The notes beneath the pieces were generated by a model. It did not search any database and was not told the DNA's origin. It saw only the letters and a list, made by a program, of their open reading frames with translations. A program made the translations under genes and the position numbers. From a virus (taxonomy: Duplodnaviria; Caudoviricetes), in the IMG/VR virus record IMGVR_UViG_3300037327_000208, positions 1 to 59,313 of that record: a stretch of DNA of 59,313 nucleotides, one strand, 5' to 3'. This document shows, piece by piece, positions 58,075-59,313 of the stretch (positions are counted from its first letter, which is position 1; each line of letters begins with the position of its first letter).

Positions 58075-59313
58075 ATGACATCTTCAATTTTCGGCGCATT
58101 GACATTGCCCAACGGTCAAATAATAAAAAATCGTTTGGTTAAAGCAGCAATGGAAGAAAACTTAGCAACCTTTGAACATTTACCAGGAGAGCAGCTTAAG
58201 CGCCTTTATAAGTCTTGGGCTGATGGCGGTGTTGGGTTGATTATTACTGGCAATGTAATGGTTGATCATCTAGCTATGACGGGTCCAGCTGGAGTGGTGT
58301 TAGAGCAGGATACAGATTTAACTGCGTTCATTGACTTGGCAAAGTTGTCAAAAACCAACAACACAAAAGTGTGGATGCAAATCAATCATCCTGGACGCCA
58401 AGTATTTAAGAAAATGGGGGGTAAGGTTTTGTCTGCTTCTGATGTGGCGTTGAAAATGGGTAAACATTCGGCGATGTTTTGTAAACCTAAAGCAATGAGT
58501 GAGTCCGAAATCCAAGATGTTATTCAACGATTTACTATCACTTCGATTCGAGCCGAACAAGCGGGCTTTGATGGAGTCGAAATACACGCCGCTCATGGTT
58601 ATTTGCTGGCACAATTTTTATCTCCTTTGACGAATAAAAGAGATGATAAATGGGGAGGCAATCTTGAAAACCGCGCTCGTTTATTGACGGATATAGTTAA
58701 ATCGGTAAAAGCGGCATGTGGTCGTAGTTTTGCTGTTGCAGTTAAGCTTAATTCAGCAGACTTTCAACGTGGTGGTTTTGATGTAGATGATGCGGAGCTA
58801 GTAGTAAAAATGCTTGGTGAGTTGAACATTGATTTAGTCGAGTTATCTGGTGGTAGTTATGAAGCACCAGCTATGCAGGGCCGCTCTGCAGATAACAGAA
58901 CGTTAGCCAGAGAAGCCTATTTTTTAGAGTTCGCTCGTAAAATCGCTAAAAATGTATCTGTACCTATCATGACTACAGGGGGGGTAAGTCGCTATGCTGT
59001 TGCTGAAAAAGTGATTGATAGTGGTGTGAAATTAGTGGGAATGGCTAGTGCCTTGGCTTTAACGCCAGATTTACCCAATCAATGGCAAAATAACTCAGCA
59101 GCGTCTAGTCACACACCTACAGTCAACTGGAAAGATAAAACCTTAAGTGGCTTAGCTACGATGGCATTGGTTAAACAACAGCTACGTAGGGTGGCAGTGG
59201 GTAAATCGCCTAAATTAACTGCGTCGCCACTGTGGGCATTAATTACCGATCAAGTTCGTGGTATAAAATTAACTAAGCGTTATAAAAAATACCATAAAGA
59301 CGAAATCTTATGA
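58075..59313 (+). CDS. NADH:flavin oxidoreductase (old yellow enzyme family)
   Basis: NRLVKAAM, QINHPGRQ, AGFDGVEIHAAHGYLL.QFLSP..N.R.D.WGG.LENR.R. Confidence 0.95.
   Translation: MTSSIFGALTLPNGQIIKNRLVKAAMEENLATFEHLPGEQLKRLYKSWADGGVGLIITGNVMVDHLAMTGPAGVVLEQDTDLTAFIDLAKLSKTNNTKVWMQINHPGRQVFKKMGGKVLSASDVALKMGKHSAMFCKPKAMSESEIQDVIQRFTITSIRAEQAGFDGVEIHAAHGYLLAQFLSPLTNKRDDKWGGNLENRARLLTDIVKSVKAACGRSFAVAVKLNSADFQRGGFDVDDAELVVKMLGELNIDLVELSGGSYEAPAMQGRSADNRTLAREAYFLEFARKIAKNVSVPIMTTGGVSRYAVAEKVIDSGVKLVGMASALALTPDLPNQWQNNSAASSHTPTVNWKDKTLSGLATMALVKQQLRRVAVGKSPKLTASPLWALITDQVRGIKLTKRYKKYHKDEIL

Overview
AT-rich marine gammaproteobacterial chromosome segment (Alteromonadales-like, by inference). Three mobile elements are stacked in tandem at the 3' end of the tmRNA gene ssrA (57563..57920, minus strand, tag ANDENYALAA), delimited by copies of its 3' end at 57563, 18502 and 2020. 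(1) An apparently complete ~39 kb lambdoid prophage (18502..57590) with an HK97-type head and a long non-contractile tail. (2) A ~16.5 kb capsid-less satellite-like island (2018..18518): P4-family integrase, AlpA, TOPRIM primase, DUF3631-like protein with a symmetric iteron array, and an HGGxSTG protein. Its cargo is a defence cluster: an EcoAI-like type I R-M operon with an HNH nuclease inserted between hsdR and hsdM, a small unknown protein, and a HEPN-motif protein. (3) The edge of a third element encoding a P2 gpA-like rolling-circle initiator with an ori-like site next to a long hairpin. A host NADH:flavin oxidoreductase closes the window. The best candidates for undescribed biology are the augmented R-M cluster, the minimal satellite, the rolling-circle element, and the Ala-Ala C-terminal bias of early phage proteins. 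All family assignments come from motif recognition by eye; no searches were run.
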